A stretch of 64,000 bases of DNA from Octopus sinensis (lineage: Eukaryota), in assembly GCF_006345805.1 (NCBI RefSeq), contig NC_043001.1, positions 69,378,001-69,442,000 on the forward strand. The letters are read 5' to 3'. Made by a program: the position numbers and the translations under genes. How positions within the stretch are numbered: position 1 is the first letter of the stretch; each line of letters opens with the position of its first letter. This document shows positions 13,420-27,935 of the stretch, piece by piece. The notes beneath the pieces are model-generated. The model saw only the letters and a program-made list of their open reading frames with translations. It was not told the origin of the DNA and did not search any database.

Positions 13420-14460
13420 ACAAACCCATATAACACTTTAAAGAAACCGAGGGGCGTAATGGAGAGCATCCAGCACGTAACTATCTCCATCCAAAGTGTC
13501 AAGTTAACTATGGGCTACCCCATTAGACACCCTAACAATAGACTCCCTGTCCTTGATACTGAAATGTGGTTAGAGACTCTAAAAAGAATGCCTCTTCTCC
13601 ACTCCTATCACATGAAACCCGTAGCCTCTACGTACGTTATTCACAAGAACTCAGATTCGTCACACAATATGACTCATTCAGATAGCAGACGTAGGATAAT
13701 GAATAGCGTTTCCCACCTTGCGAACCCTCTGGAACAAGGAAACCTACAGAGCTACATGCACCGCATGAAGTGCTCTGGAACTGACCAGAAAGATAGGATC
13801 TGTGTATACTGAGGCACTAGGAGGCAATTATATAACACGATATGTAACGAAGCCAGTGTTACCCGCCTTAGATACAGAAGTAAAGACTGGAGTAGTATAT
13901 AGAGGGTTTGTGATAAATTAAAAAAAGTGAATACATAGTACAAGGCTGAAAAATATCAAGGAGTGATGTTTGTAAAGGTCACATCCCATGGGGAATTAAC
14001 CCGTAGATCTAAGACGGCTCTGAAGACCAAACTCAACATTAAGATCGTTGACAAGCCAAGGAGCTCCATAAGATTGCAGTTATGTAGGACCTACCCCTTC
14101 GAAAATACCACATGCACTAACGAGAACTGTGTGGCACGTAAGATTAACCCCTGCATTAACTGTAGGACTAGAAATGTAGTCTACAGCATAAGATACATAG
14201 AAGGTGCTTTAAGGATAAAAACATGGCGTATAGTGCAGAGACATTTAGAAGAATAGCGGAGAGAATAAACAGTCACTTGAGGCAATATGATGACAAGAAA
14301 TAGTCTTCCTTACTCTATGAACCTTCCAAAGACCAGCATGGAGGTACACTGGGCCGATTTGATATCCACATTTTATCCAAGCACCCGAAGGACCCATCGC
14401 TCAGATAAATACAGAATTATTTACTCATAAATGAAATATCCCCCGTACTAAATAGGGAAT
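13420..14460 (+). pseudogene. PLE fragment: RT thumb to GIY-YIG endonuclease, degraded
   Basis: RLPVLDTEMW, HSYHMKPVAS, VMFV, Cys-rich linker then NCRTRNVVYSI, and a decayed R...H...E...P.LN tail typical of PLE GIY-YIG. Confidence 0.75.
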
Positions 14461-14787
14461 ACATGTAGATGGTAGAGATACCTACAGAATATGCACACAT
14501 AGGTACAGTTGCTAATAGGCAGCTAAGTAAGAAATTGATGGGTAGGTAAATAGACATGTAGGTAAACAAATAGAGACATAGTAGTTAGGTAGATATGTAC
14601 ATATGTAATAAGGAAAGACAAGGACACACACACACACACGCACACACACGCACGAATACATACCTATACATGCACAAACACAAGCTCGCGCACACACATG
14701 CCCACAAAATCAGTAATAAACTAGTCGAAATTGAAACAGTGTGTGTTAGATATTAAGGCAGGATGACTCTCACCAGACACAACGATG

Positions 14788-14820
<33 letters not shown>

Positions 14821-14824
14821 ATAG

Positions 14825-14886
<62 letters not shown>

Positions 14887-14896
14887 ACATACATAG

Positions 14897-14967
<71 letters not shown>

Positions 14968-15239
14968 CACACATACATACATGCACATATATACATTGTT
15001 CAAATTTGCAGAAAGCAGAAGACAAAGACAAGTGTAACAACAACATGCAGGTGTATTAGTTTAACGATTGGGAAAAATGAAAAAAGACTTTTACATTTTA
15101 AACATATGCACTACGCCTGAAAAGAATAAGATGGAAACCATTGAGACAGAGTGAAAAATAAACGGAGAGAGAAAAGATCAACAGAGTTCAACGTTACAAT
15201 ATGGTGAGCTGACTACAAAAAGATGTTGAATGAAAGGTA

Positions 15240-15583
<344 letters not shown>

Positions 15584-15599
15584 CGGTAAGCCAGACAGT

Positions 15600-15870
15600 C
15601 TTAATTGAGAAAGTAAACACGCTATGCAGGATCAAAGATATAGCATGCCGGCTGAAAAAGATAGCAGTAGTACCAATAATTGTAGGTGCCCTGGGAACAG
15701 TGGGTAAAAATCTCGAGAAGTATGTGGAACAAATAGGGGCTGAAATAAGAGTGGAGAACTTGCAGTAACCAGTACTGCTTGGAACCACTCGAATACTCCG
15801 AAGGTGTTCGAAAAGTAAGAGGTGTTATCTTAGTTCACTGGTAGTGAACAGCTGACAACATAGTACATCT
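15600..15870 (+). mobile_element. 3' fragment of R4/Dong-like (restriction-like endonuclease) LINE
   Basis: VVPIIVGALGTV...LQ*PVLLGTTRILR, the typical C-terminus of this clade. Confidence 0.8.
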
Positions 15871-15879
15871 CTGGTTTGA

Positions 15880-16455
15880 GGGACGAAAGAGCTTGGATAA
15901 AGACGATGTGCGAAGAGCAGAGCTCGTAGTGAAGTCAACGGAAGACTCGGGGAATGGTGCGTTAGAAGGGTAGTTTGGTGGGGTGGTAGGTAAGGGTAAA
16001 CGGGAGACGGATAAGAGTAGAGAGGGTGCGAGTAGAAAAAGCAGAGGCACGGTCCGCTGATCGTGCCGGTCAAGTGCAGTGAGGATAATGGCCAGTCATG
16101 AGTCGTAACAGACTTTCAAAGTTATAGTCGTCACTGCAGAGTCTGCGTAGACAGAGCAATTGGGAGTAGGGGATGGAGATGTTGATGTAGGTAGGGTGGG
16201 AGAAGAAGAAGTTAAAATAGCAGGGTGAGTCAGTGTGTTTGTAATGAATGGAGGTACTAAGAGCAGAGTGGTGTACGCTAAAAGAAATGTCGAGAAATTC
16301 GACGGAATAGTTAGAAATAGCGCAGGAGAATTCAAGGGCAGGATGTAAAGATTAGACAAAGAAGAGGGAGGAGTCCAGATGTTCGTGGGGGATGGAGGTT
16401 GTGCCGATACTGTAATCGATATAACGACCATATAGCTCGGCAATGGAACCAGGAG
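15880..16455 (-). pseudogene. PLE RT fragment, same family as 1-482
   Basis: Minus strand ELYGRYIDY, FLDI, HYKHTDS, SIPYSQLLCLRRLCSDD, PFTLTYHP. Confidence 0.85.
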
Positions 16456-16549
16456 TCATACACACACACACACGCGCACACACACACATGCATGCACAAA
16501 CACACACGCACACACACACGCACACACACACACACATACACACACACAT

Positions 16550-16580
<31 letters not shown>

Positions 16581-16582
16581 CA

Positions 16583-16798
16583 CAAGGGTTGGATAAAACA
16601 ATGGGAACACCTAGCATCATAGCATCATAATTTTGTAATACTTATAAAACAGTCAAAAGCTTATTTTTTGGTGGGGGATTTAATATTAGCATTGCTTAAT
16701 ACGTTTTGCTAGACTTGCTGTTTCTTTTCAGATATCATAAGAAAAAGGTAATTAAAATTCATTAAAATGACAGATCTATTCGGCTTTCAAAGAGGACA
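16583..16798 (+). mobile_element. 5' fragment of the Tc1 family seen at 45484
   Basis: CAAGGGTTGGATAAAACAATGGGAACACC TIR, shared GCATCATAGCATCATAATTTTG and ATGACAGATC...TTTCAAAGAGG start. Confidence 0.88.
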
Positions 16799-17012
16799 TA
16801 CATACATGTGGTGATAATAAAAATAATTATGATCCACGGATAGAATTTATAAATATTATCATTATACTTATCCTACTTATATCGGCGCAGCTCGATACAT
16901 CCCCGTAAAACTTCTATTGCATGCTGGTATCATTAGGCTGTAGCCGACATAATAAAATAGGAACTTCCAGATACGTATTCAAAAACGTTTCCCGTAAACG
17001 AATTTAAAGCAT

Positions 17013-17145
<133 letters not shown>

Positions 17146-18271
17146 CATATATATATATACCACTACTAGTCTTCTGAGTTCAAACATAGCAGACCTGAAT
17201 TGGCCTTCCTTCATCCGTAACGACGAAAATAACATACCAATCAATTTCCGATATAATCGACGATGTAATCAATTACACACTACCTACAAAATCCTGGTAC
17301 TGCATTTTTACTGGAAGCATTTTTGTTCGTCCTAGTTCAAATACTTTCACTGACAATAACTCCTTTTTCCGTTACCAGATATCAAGCCGATAAGGCGCCA
17401 TTCAAGTTCTGAGTGCAATATCATTTGCCATGTTTCTTCCCTCTAATATTAAGTATGCACTAATAAAGAAAAATAAAACAAAACCTCTTGATTGAAATGT
17501 TCTTGATCATATAGTAAATCACCACTCTAGTAACTTAACTGCAATATTTGTAATTAAACTCTCAAAAGCATTGCATTTACTGCATTTAAACGAAATATTT
17601 CTCCGTAATGATTTCTGCCCTGTCGTGACAACTCATCTGGATATGAATGCTTGTGATTTCAGGAAGAACAAACAGAGCATTAGTGCCTTCTATGCATTTA
17701 ATAAAACCGATTAATAATCAGGTATGTTCAGTTTAATTGATTTTAAATAGATAATGGCCTACGTAGTGTAACCTGAAAAAAATACATCAAACCAAATGAG
17801 GTGAGCGAGCGTAAACGAGTCAATGGCATGAAACCTCATAATAAAACAAACACTAAATAAGTAATCTATTTTATTTAAACATTTCACCTAAGCTTGATCC
17901 CCCATTGAAAATTTTGATCAATATTATTCTAGCTATATGATGTTATTGAGTACATATCTAATGTAAAGCTACATCGCTTTCATGACATTAATATTACTTT
18001 GAACGTTATGTAAAATGACTGAACAGATTTTCGTATCTTATAGAGTGATAGTAATTTCTCAGAGAGGTTTTAAAGATTAACACCATTAATATAAATATAT
18101 TAAGAACTTTTGAGATAAATTTGATTAATAACATATGTCTATTAACGAAAGAATTTTCCAGATTTTCTCAAGTAATAATAACATGAATAGGCTCAAAGTG
18201 TTTCCAGGAGGGATGTGAAAAATATATGATTTAATGCTTTTGAAACACGATGATAATATGTATCTATATAA

Positions 18272-18312
<41 letters not shown>

Positions 18313-18659
18313 AATAAATGTGAGAATGTGTATAGTATAAATATATAGATATATGTGTCTGTTTTTATTAATAACAAGTATCTCTCTGATCACGTTATAG
18401 TGCTAGGAATGATAAGATTGTGGTTTCAATTCCTGGACAATGCGAGGTCTCGGGAAAGCAACTTAATCTCCATTTGTTACAGTCTACTTAACTGCAATGG
18501 GTACCGGTCGAATACATGTGTTGCTTTCACCCCCTCCAACTCACGCATCATTTCAAGTCACCAAACAACACATTTTCCATGTGTGTGTGTGTGGGGGGGA
18601 TGTGTGATGAGTGAAGTGTGGTCAGTATATTGTTAAATATACTTAGATCTTCATTCGAT

Positions 18660-19275
18660 CTGTCCGAGAAGATGAAGCAATCATCAAGGAAACGCTTCCC
18701 CTTTTTAATGCTATATATTTTGAACTTCCCCTTCCAAGTATCCCATTACTAAGTTTGAATATGAGGGCACAAACCGCGTCATCATAGCCGTGCCTTTTAT
18801 CTCTCGATATGTTTTGTCGAATCTATAGGTATTTTTTCTAAAGCGTTCATATATCCCAGTGTTTGATTGCTTCTAGGCATAAAGTGAGAGGTATATTAAT
18901 AAAGAGATTGATGACATCAAAACTTAAAAGTATAGTAACTTTTGCGACAGTGGGAGGGATGTGTTGGAATTCATTGATTAGTCTTCTAATTTTATTCATT
19001 ATTGTTTTTTTTATTCTGAGTGTCTTGGTTCTTTGTTGTAGTAGGTTTGGTTTGTTAACATTTCCAATATTTTATCTTTATAATAGTCTTTGTCCCTGAT
19101 TACTATCGCCCCTCCCTTATCGTCTTCTTTTAGGATGAGTGAGCAGTCCTTCTTCAGAGTTTGTAAGGTTTCATTTTCTTCTTCCCGAAGGTTTTATTTG
19201 CTTCTTTGGGTATTTAAGGGAATTTCGAAGTCGTGTCTATATACGCGTCTAAATATTTGTCCTTCGCCTTCGAGG
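18660..19275 (-). pseudogene. Second, more decayed PLE RT fragment
   Basis: Minus strand LKEDDKGGAIVIRDKDYYKDKILEML and LLSFDVINLFINIP. Confidence 0.8.
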
Positions 19276-19279
19276 GGGT

Positions 19280-21545
19280 GAACTGGGATTTATTTCTGAC
19301 TATTTTCTTTAATTTGGGGTCCTTATGAAGCATTGGTAAATTCTGGGTGAAGGTTTCTTTGTTTCTGGGGTTGTATGTGGATATGTAAGGCAGTATGTTC
19401 GGGGAAGGTGTGTTGCTGTGTTGAACTTTTCTTAATGTTTCTATGTCGATTTGTGTTGCACGTCTAATTCCATCCTCTATGAGTTGAACTGGGTAGTGTC
19501 TGTCAATTAGGGTGTTTTTGAGTTCTTGTAGTCTAAAGTTTCTGGTATTTTGTTCTGACACTATTGTGCATATCCTTCTTGCAAGTTTGAAAGGGATGTT
19601 TTTTTTAGTGTATCTTGGGTGGCATGAATCAAAAAGTAGGTATTGTTTGGCGTCTGTGATTTTATAAAATATGTCTATTTCTAATTTTAGGCTAATTTTT
19701 TAAATTAGTATATCTAAGAATGGAAGTTCCTTTTGGTTGTACTCCATTGTGAACTGTATATTTGGGTTGACGCTGTTCAATAGGTTTTTGAATTTTAGGA
19801 GTTTATCTGTGTATAAAACAGTCGTCCAGGAATCTTTTCCAATTCTCTTTTATGAATTGAGAAAGGGGGTTTCCAAAGGTCGATAAAGATTCCTGGTATA
19901 TTATTACCTCTAGGTAGCCCATTGTTAGGTTCGCAATGACTGGTGCTGCCCTTATACCCATAACAATTCCGGGTTTCTTACGGTAAAACTTATTGGCAAA
20001 TATGAAGTGGTTATTTTGTAGAATGAATTCTTTACTGATCCTGTTTCTTTCGGAATGAATTCTTTACTGATCATTTTTCTTCTGGAAATTTGTCCAGCCA
20101 GAACTGAATTGCCTCTAGTCCATAATTATGAGGTATACTGGTATATAAATTAATTACATCAAATGAAACCATGATTGTTTCTTCCTTGACTTTTTTTGGA
20201 AGGTGATTTAACGTATCCAGGTCATCTCTGATATGGCTATCAATGTGTTTAAGGAAGGGTTTCGGGAGGATGTCCATAAATAAACTTAGTCTGTATGTTC
20301 CACAGGCAAGGTCAGCTACAATGGGTCGTAGTTTTAGGTCCACCGGGTTAGGTGTATGTATGTATGTCTTTGGGGATTTTTAAATGGTTTCATTTATAAT
20401 TTGGCTTTTGTGTATTTTTGGTAGACCATAGAAGAAGCTAGGTTTGCATTTAAAGTTTGTTAGAAAGTCAATCTCTTTGGTTGTCAGTTCCTTTCCGTGG
20501 CTTTTAATTAGTGAGGACAGAGTTTTCCTTATTTTTTGCTAGTTGTAGTTGGTGATTTTTTCATAATGTTGATTGTCATCAAGCAAGGAAATTACTAGAT
20601 TTCTATAGAATAATGTGTCCATTATTACAACTGCACCTCCTTTGTCTGCTTCCTTAATGGTTATATCTTCATCATTTTGAAGTTCTATCAGTTCCTTCCT
20701 TTGTGCAGTGCTAAAATTTGAGTTAACTGTCTGTTTATGTATAGTGCGGTAGGGAAAGTTCTCAATGTGGTTGCAGAACTCGTCAAGGTATTTACTTCTT
20801 CCTTTGTGGGGGATGTGTTCACTTTTGCTTTTGACTAGTGAGTCATCTTCAATATTGAAACTGGTTGACGCTTCTGTGAGTCTTAATTTTGTGCAGAATT
20901 CTGTTATACTATCCTTGACTTCATTTTGGTTGGCTCTGTGTGGAGTTGGCGTGATTTTTAGCCCTTTTGAGAGGATGTCTATTTTTATGTTAGAAACAGG
21001 TTTGGTTGAAAGATTGATTATCTTCGGTTTTTCCTCATTTCTAGGTTCCAGCCCGTGTCTTGGTATCTCTGGTCTGGGTCTAAGAATTGTTGGGTGCAAT
21101 TTTGTTTGTATGAGTTGTCTGTGAGATTGATCCGGGGGAACGGTGGTATTGTTGCCTTACATTGTTATGTGTGGGGGGATATCAATGGGTGTTTTGGTTA
21201 GTGATGTGTGTAAAATTTCTGTATGTGATATATTTTTGTTTCGAATTTCTTGTATGTGGGATGTTTCTTGACTTAGTGTTATTTTGTGTTGGTCTTGTGT
21301 TCGGTGGGGACCAGTAATTCTGCGTCATGGGGTAGTAGTGACTGGTATGTGGTGTGTTTCTTATTCTAGTGTTATTTTGTGCTGTTATGGGCTGGTTATG
21401 CCTGGTATTGGTACGTTGTTGGTGTGTTCTCTTCTTTGTGTAATCTATTTCATAAATGCATTGACTGTCAGCTTCTTCCCTGTTAAGTCTTGCGTGGTTC
21501 AGAAATAACCAGAGGAAATTTTTGCTGTTACTTTTACTTTTCGAT
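19280..21545 (-). mobile_element. Penelope-like retroelement, N-terminus to RT/thumb, endonuclease missing
   Basis: IINLS...[69 protein letters not shown]. Confidence 0.93.
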
Positions 21546-21639
21546 AGAGAGGCGGGACAGACAGGCAGGGGGAGTGAAAGAGTGAGCGGGGGAGAAAGTG
21601 GTGATAGAAAGTGTGAGTGTGTGTGTGAATGTGTGACAC

Positions 21640-22314
<675 letters not shown>

Positions 22315-22829
22315 GCACACATTTGTATACTTATCTATACATACATGTAAAGATATGTGAAAACTGTAAATCGGAGACGGGATTTTTATCTGTATATCTT
22401 ATGAAACAAATTTTGAAATTGAAATAAAATGCTACTCAAAATCTGGAGTGTTTTTTTTTTATCTCTGGTACCACTGACTTGCCGGATGCGCACATCCTGA
22501 AACAACGTGCGGTCGTCATGGTAACAAGCTGTTAATGACTTGCTGTCTGTTGATGGGCTAGAATTACCCAAATTTTCAGACTTTAATTCCAAATAACAAT
22601 CAGATTCTTAATTTACGAAATAGCGTAATTACCTGAGAATAATCAAAATTTAGAACTGCATCAATACACCAAAATTGAAAACAATCTGAGCAAAACTAAA
22701 GGGTTGTGATTTTGTGAGTGAAACATAGATGATCCGAATTGCCTATAGCAGTCCATTTTTATCAATTTTTTTCTTCGTGTTTTGTATACATGTTATCTTA
22801 TACTTCTTTTGTTCTTATAAGCTGCATTC

Positions 22830-23290
22830 ATCATGAAACGGCGACAACATCGGGAAGCTGCTCGCGCGAGTATGAGGCTGTAGAGGCAGAGGATAATGGA
22901 AGAGATAATATGAGGGAAAGGAACAGCGTGCACTGTACCACGAGTAGCAGAGACACTTATCTCAGCAAAGGGAGAAAATATGAATGAGGAACAGTGTGCA
23001 CAGTACCGCGAGCAGCAGAGAAACTTACTTCAACAAAGAGCAGAGAAAAAAATCAACATGATAGGGTTATTAATCAGCAAAGCCAAAGGGTAAGATATCG
23101 AGAAAGAGTTCAAAATATGAATGCTGCCGAAATTTAAGGAGACATCAGATGCAGCGGCAGCGTGTGAGAAGACATAGGCCAGAGCTAAACAGAGCTATTG
23201 TTAATGAATTTGAACAATTTAACATAGGAGAAATGAACATTTTATGTGAATACTGTGGTGCACCTAAGTTTAGAAATGAAACTAACAGAA
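22830..23290 (+). pseudogene. Helitron Rep/helicase N-terminal fragment
   Basis: FNIGEMNILCEYCGAPKFRNET (23218-23283) matches the Helitron N-terminal zinc-finger pattern; preceded by ~70-bp repeats encoding charged NMNEEQCAQYREQQR units. Confidence 0.75.
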
Positions 23291-25125
23291 TTAAAGTGAA
23301 AGAATAAATGTGAAACTATTACATCACATTACAATATACGTGTTATTGTTTCACTTGTGTGACGTAATACCTAAGCATTCTAAGAGATTGCTCCTGGGCC
23401 ACATTTGGCAAGGATTTGAAAATTGTTTGCATAATCGTTCGATGAACTTTCCCTGTTTGTTACCTAACAAAAGCATGATTTACTGAGGTTTCACAAATAT
23501 TTATTGTCAGAAACTACATAAGCCCACTGTATTGCGTATCTTCCTCTCTGACTCTCTGTCCCATTCTGTGAGTCCCTCTCTTTATGTGTTTATATCTGTC
23601 TATCAATTCATTTCTTTACCCAACCCTTTTATTGTATATGTGTGTGTGTGTGTGCTTATCTGCGTGTCTATTCTTCTGTATGAATTTTTTTTAACCCCAG
23701 AATCAATTGACAATCAGTGATGGTTTGTTTCCATCCCTATAATATAGCGGGTCTATAGATAGAAAAATGAGTAAGTTAGACTTTTGAATAATTATTTAAC
23801 GCGCTGTCATCTTGTTTTCGGATAATTATCAGAATTGATCATGCTCTGAAATGAAATAAAAGCATTAAATTCATAAAAAACTATGCAAAATTCTTCTTCT
23901 TAATATATAAAATCTGTACACTACTTCAAGCCATCTACACACGCACACACGCACACGCATACAACATGTACAGGGAAATATGGCTTCAAGTTTTCGATGA
24001 AACATGTATTTCATTGTACAAACAGATAAGAGATACAGAGATACGACGATAAGCACGCGTTTGGCAAGTTACTCACATGCATTCTAAAAGCAATTTGATA
24101 CAAGCTATTGCCTTCACTGTGTTTTCTGAAAAATGATAAAACCTCTAACTGGGTTTCCTGATATCATGACAAGGAATCAGCAGGTATGAAATTAATGTGG
24201 ACACCTCTGTTTCTTATTCTCAGGACATATTATATCGGAATATCTTTTATGCAGTATCGTATAACAAACAATGATATCAGTATGTTTTTATTTTTGTAAG
24301 CCTCACCTTTTTGTTCATGTTTATTATTTTTAATAATTAAAAACTGCAGAATAAGAAACATGTTTCAAAGATGGGAACAATGGAATCTGTTCCAAATGTA
24401 AGAAGGAAAAAAAAAAGTAAGTCAAAATATTACCTGCGTATATAAAAAAGGCGGGAAAAGAAATTTAAATGGAAGAAAATTTCTTTTATGTTAATATGAT
24501 GGCGAGGAACGCAGGGAAAACGTGGTAGAGAGTAATTGGAAAACAAGTGAAGTCATTTAATAGGCTTGCAGAGAAGATGAAGGTGAATGTTATATGGAAA
24601 ATAAAGGATTAGTATGGAAGAGGTATTTTCATCCGACAGTATGAATCGGCGAGAAATCTTTCATATTTCTTTTTGTTTTTTGTCTTGTCTTCCAAACAAC
24701 AGATGAAACATTTATTAATCAAAAGAATAATAACAAAAATGATATAAAATAAATACATAAAATGAAAATAAAACCGAAAAGGCATTTGACAAGAAGTAGA
24801 AGAATACAAGAATAAAAGAAAATGAGATGAACGCCTTATTGTAAATATTGATAAAATCAAGCCTATTGGGTAAAATTTACGTTAACCTGCCATCACTTTT
24901 ACATGGATAACACATTGGTATATAACCTTGCTTTATAGATTTTTATTTTGAAAGAAAAACCGCTTTAGAATAATTCATTTTGTGTAGGACAGTATAGTAT
25001 AATAGCATATAATCGAATCTATCTTAAAAAGACTGCTGGCATTAATATTGACATGTATCGAAATAGCTCTTATCACTTTTCTTCAATACTGTTTCCTATC
25101 AATACAGTTCGTTAAGTATAGATGC

Positions 25126-25179
<54 letters not shown>

Positions 25180-25190
25180 TATATAGAAGG

Positions 25191-25241
25191 AGCTTCTACA
25201 GGACTAGTACTGTTTCATTCAAGAGAAATCTTCAGGAAGCT
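25191..25241 (-). ncRNA. Type I hammerhead ribozyme motif, mirror copy
   Basis: Minus strand AGCTTC-CTGAAGA-TTTC(TCTT)GAAT-GAAA-CAG(TACTAGTC)CTG-TA-GAAGCT. Confidence 0.75.
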
Positions 25242-25287
25242 TCCTGAAGATTCTCTTGAATGAAACAGTACTAGTCCTGTAGAAGCT
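25238..25287 (+). ncRNA. Type I hammerhead ribozyme motif
   Basis: AGCTTC-CTGAAGA-TTC(TCTT)GAA-T-GAAA-CAG(TACTAGTC)CTG-TA-GAAGCT: 6-bp stem I, conserved core, ACAG/CTGT stem III, GUA triplet. Confidence 0.75.
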
Positions 25288-25607
25288 CCTTCTATATAAT
25301 AAATTAATTTTACTCTGCTATGTATTGAGTACCTTACTTACTGTGGTTAACCCCGGATCAACCGGGACCTACATATATATATATATAGAATATAGGATGA
25401 AAGTGAAATAGATATGTGTGTGTGCGTGTGTGCGCGCACAAACATATATATCTATGCTACTACTACTACTACTACTAACTACTACTACTACTACTAGTTC
25501 TTTTACATCCTTTATTTCATTGAAGTTACATGGTTTGTCAAGGACTTCACACGATAGATTTTGAAAGGGCCAACTGAATTTTTTATCGTATATAATTTGT
25601 TTTATTA

Positions 25608-25671
<64 letters not shown>

Positions 25672-25983
25672 AGAGAGAGAGAGAGAGAGGAGAGAGAGAT
25701 AGTTAGATAGATACATAGATACATAGAGCGAGTGAGAGAGAGGGAGCGACGGAGGGAGAGAAAGATAGATAAAGATATATCCGTTTTCATATTTTCTATT
25801 TTCCTCTACACATATCCTTTGTAATACTAAATACATTCCTTCAGCAATTTATTACATTTGCTCAGGTAGATATCCACCCTGCCCCGCTAACATACTTTTA
25901 TTGGATATCTTTAGCTCTAAACTGCACATCGACTAATTTGCACCTAAAAGCCACTTCAGCAACAACAACAAAACGGTAACAAT

Positions 25984-26014
<31 letters not shown>

Positions 26015-26200
26015 GCCGCAGCAGCAACTACAAGGACTGCGGAAAAGAATAGGACTAAAAGTGATATTCACAAACAAATATAAAATTACATCTCATCCAC
26101 TACCTTCTAACCGAGTTTGTATTGCCAATATATCTCTTGAAAATATGCATGATTGCGTACATGGCTTAGTTACATATATCATTCTGAAAACCGATTTGTT

Positions 26201-26244
<44 letters not shown>

Positions 26245-26659
26245 AGCAGCTGCATCAGCAGCAGTAGTAATAGTAGTAGTCGCAGTAGTGCCAGCAGCAG
26301 CAGCAACAGTAGTAGTAATGATAATAAAATATTTGCAACAAATTACCTATTTTCGCTCAGGTAATATCTTCAATTCAAACTTCGATCTCTCGCATTTCTA
26401 TAATGCAAATCATGTATTCTTATCGATTGTAGAATAGGAACAATCTTCAAAATCGATTTTAGCAGGAATTGAACCACAGTCCTCAAATAACTGATGTTGC
26501 AGAAAAAATTTGGAGTACCAGTGGGAATAATGTAATATATAATATTGTTTGTTATAATATTATTACAGGTATATGTAGCGCAACTGTGAGAGAAAAAGGG
26601 TACACTAAAATTATATAACGAAGGTCAAACACAATGGAGAATATACCAATAGTAAATAT

Positions 26660-26703
<44 letters not shown>

Positions 26704-26729
26704 CTTGCCGCTATTAGACATAATAACAC

Positions 26730-27700
26730 GATAGTTATCCAAAATGTGACGCCCCAAAAATATTTAAGAAGCAAGATGAAGGACAACGAATAAACAATTG
26801 GAAAATGAAAACAATACATGGACAGTACATCAGAGAAATCGAAGGAGAATGCAAGGCCAACACCTGAAGTTGGCTACGAAAAAGTGATCTGAATGAATGC
26901 ACTGAGGCATTGGTATCCATCGTCAGAAACATGCCCTGAGGACTAATTACACGAAGTTCCAAATAAATAAGAGCAGTGAATCGCCCCTTTGCAGGATGTG
27001 TGGCTGCAAAAGTGAAACAATTTCACATATTGTGAGTGGAGGTAGCAAGCTGTGCCAAAAGCACTATAAAAGGAGGCATGACTACGTGGCAAAGTCTATT
27101 CACTGGACACGATGAAACGTACAGTCTCAGCACAGTACGGAACGGGTACAAAAATGAACCAGAGGGTGTTTGAGAACAATGAATATAAGATACTGTGCGA
27201 GTTCACAATTCAGTGTGAATCCATAATCGATGCTCTAAGACTAGTCATTGTTGTGGTTGATAAAAGAAACAAGGAAATCAAGATCATAGATATTGCCATA
27301 CCTGGGGGTGCACGCGTAGATGACAGAGTTGAAAAAGATACATACAGACTGCTAAGAACGAAATTGCAAGAATGTAGGCAATGAGGAGAATAACTACTAC
27401 CCTAGTAGTTGTAGGGTCACTCAGAGCACTAACAACCAGGTTCGAGAAATATGTCGGAGAAATTGGAATTGACATGAGGGCAGCGCAGGGCCCCAAAACT
27501 GCTCTATGGAGGCAGTTAGGATTTTGATGGTGGTGCTTCATTGTTGAGAGTCTTATACGATAAGTTATCATTCAGGTACCAAAGCTTATAATTTGTGGAA
27601 AGAGGACTGTGAGTCCTCTGATAAGATGTTGATGTGGTCTCTCACACTAACAACTAGAGCAAGTAAATCTGGATCTCTGAGAAGTAAAATAATAACAATA
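26730..27700 (+). mobile_element. R4/Dong-like LINE 3' portion (CCHC finger + restriction-like endonuclease), degraded
   Basis: WKMKTIHGQY, ALRTNY, CRMCGCKSETISHIVSG, YKRRHDYVAKSIHW, IIDIAIPG; followed by a 3' UTR and an AAT-rich tail. Confidence 0.88.
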
Positions 27701-27935
27701 ATGCTAAAATATATATCTTTCAGTGCGAATGGTTTTCTTATGCGGCACCGTGTTTTGAAATACTGTAAATACTAATAATGGTATTTATATAAGCTTAAAG
27801 CTTATGGCAGCCATTGTACAATGACTAAGGAAAATATTCTAATAAAGGAGCATATAAGCCCTCAACAGAGAAAAAGATGGGCTTTCGTATCCGCGTACGA
27901 TTCGAATACACATCTCTTTGTTAACGTGACTATGT

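Larger units (their letters stand above)
25174..25304. repeat. Spacerless 131-bp palindrome (probable inverted PLE terminal repeats)
   Basis: Arms 25174-25239 and 25240-25304 are reverse complements except for one extra A; centre AAGCTT. Confidence 0.95.

Noticed and set aside
17663-17721. Possible 59-nt exon (TTTCAG...CAG/GTATGT) with one open frame
   Set aside because: Weak polypyrimidine tract, no recognisable peptide, no partner exons; expected by chance in 64 kb
24438-24460. TATATAAAA next to GGCGGGAAA (TATA/E2F-like)
   Set aside because: No associated gene or other promoter evidence; short motifs are uninformative in AT-rich DNA
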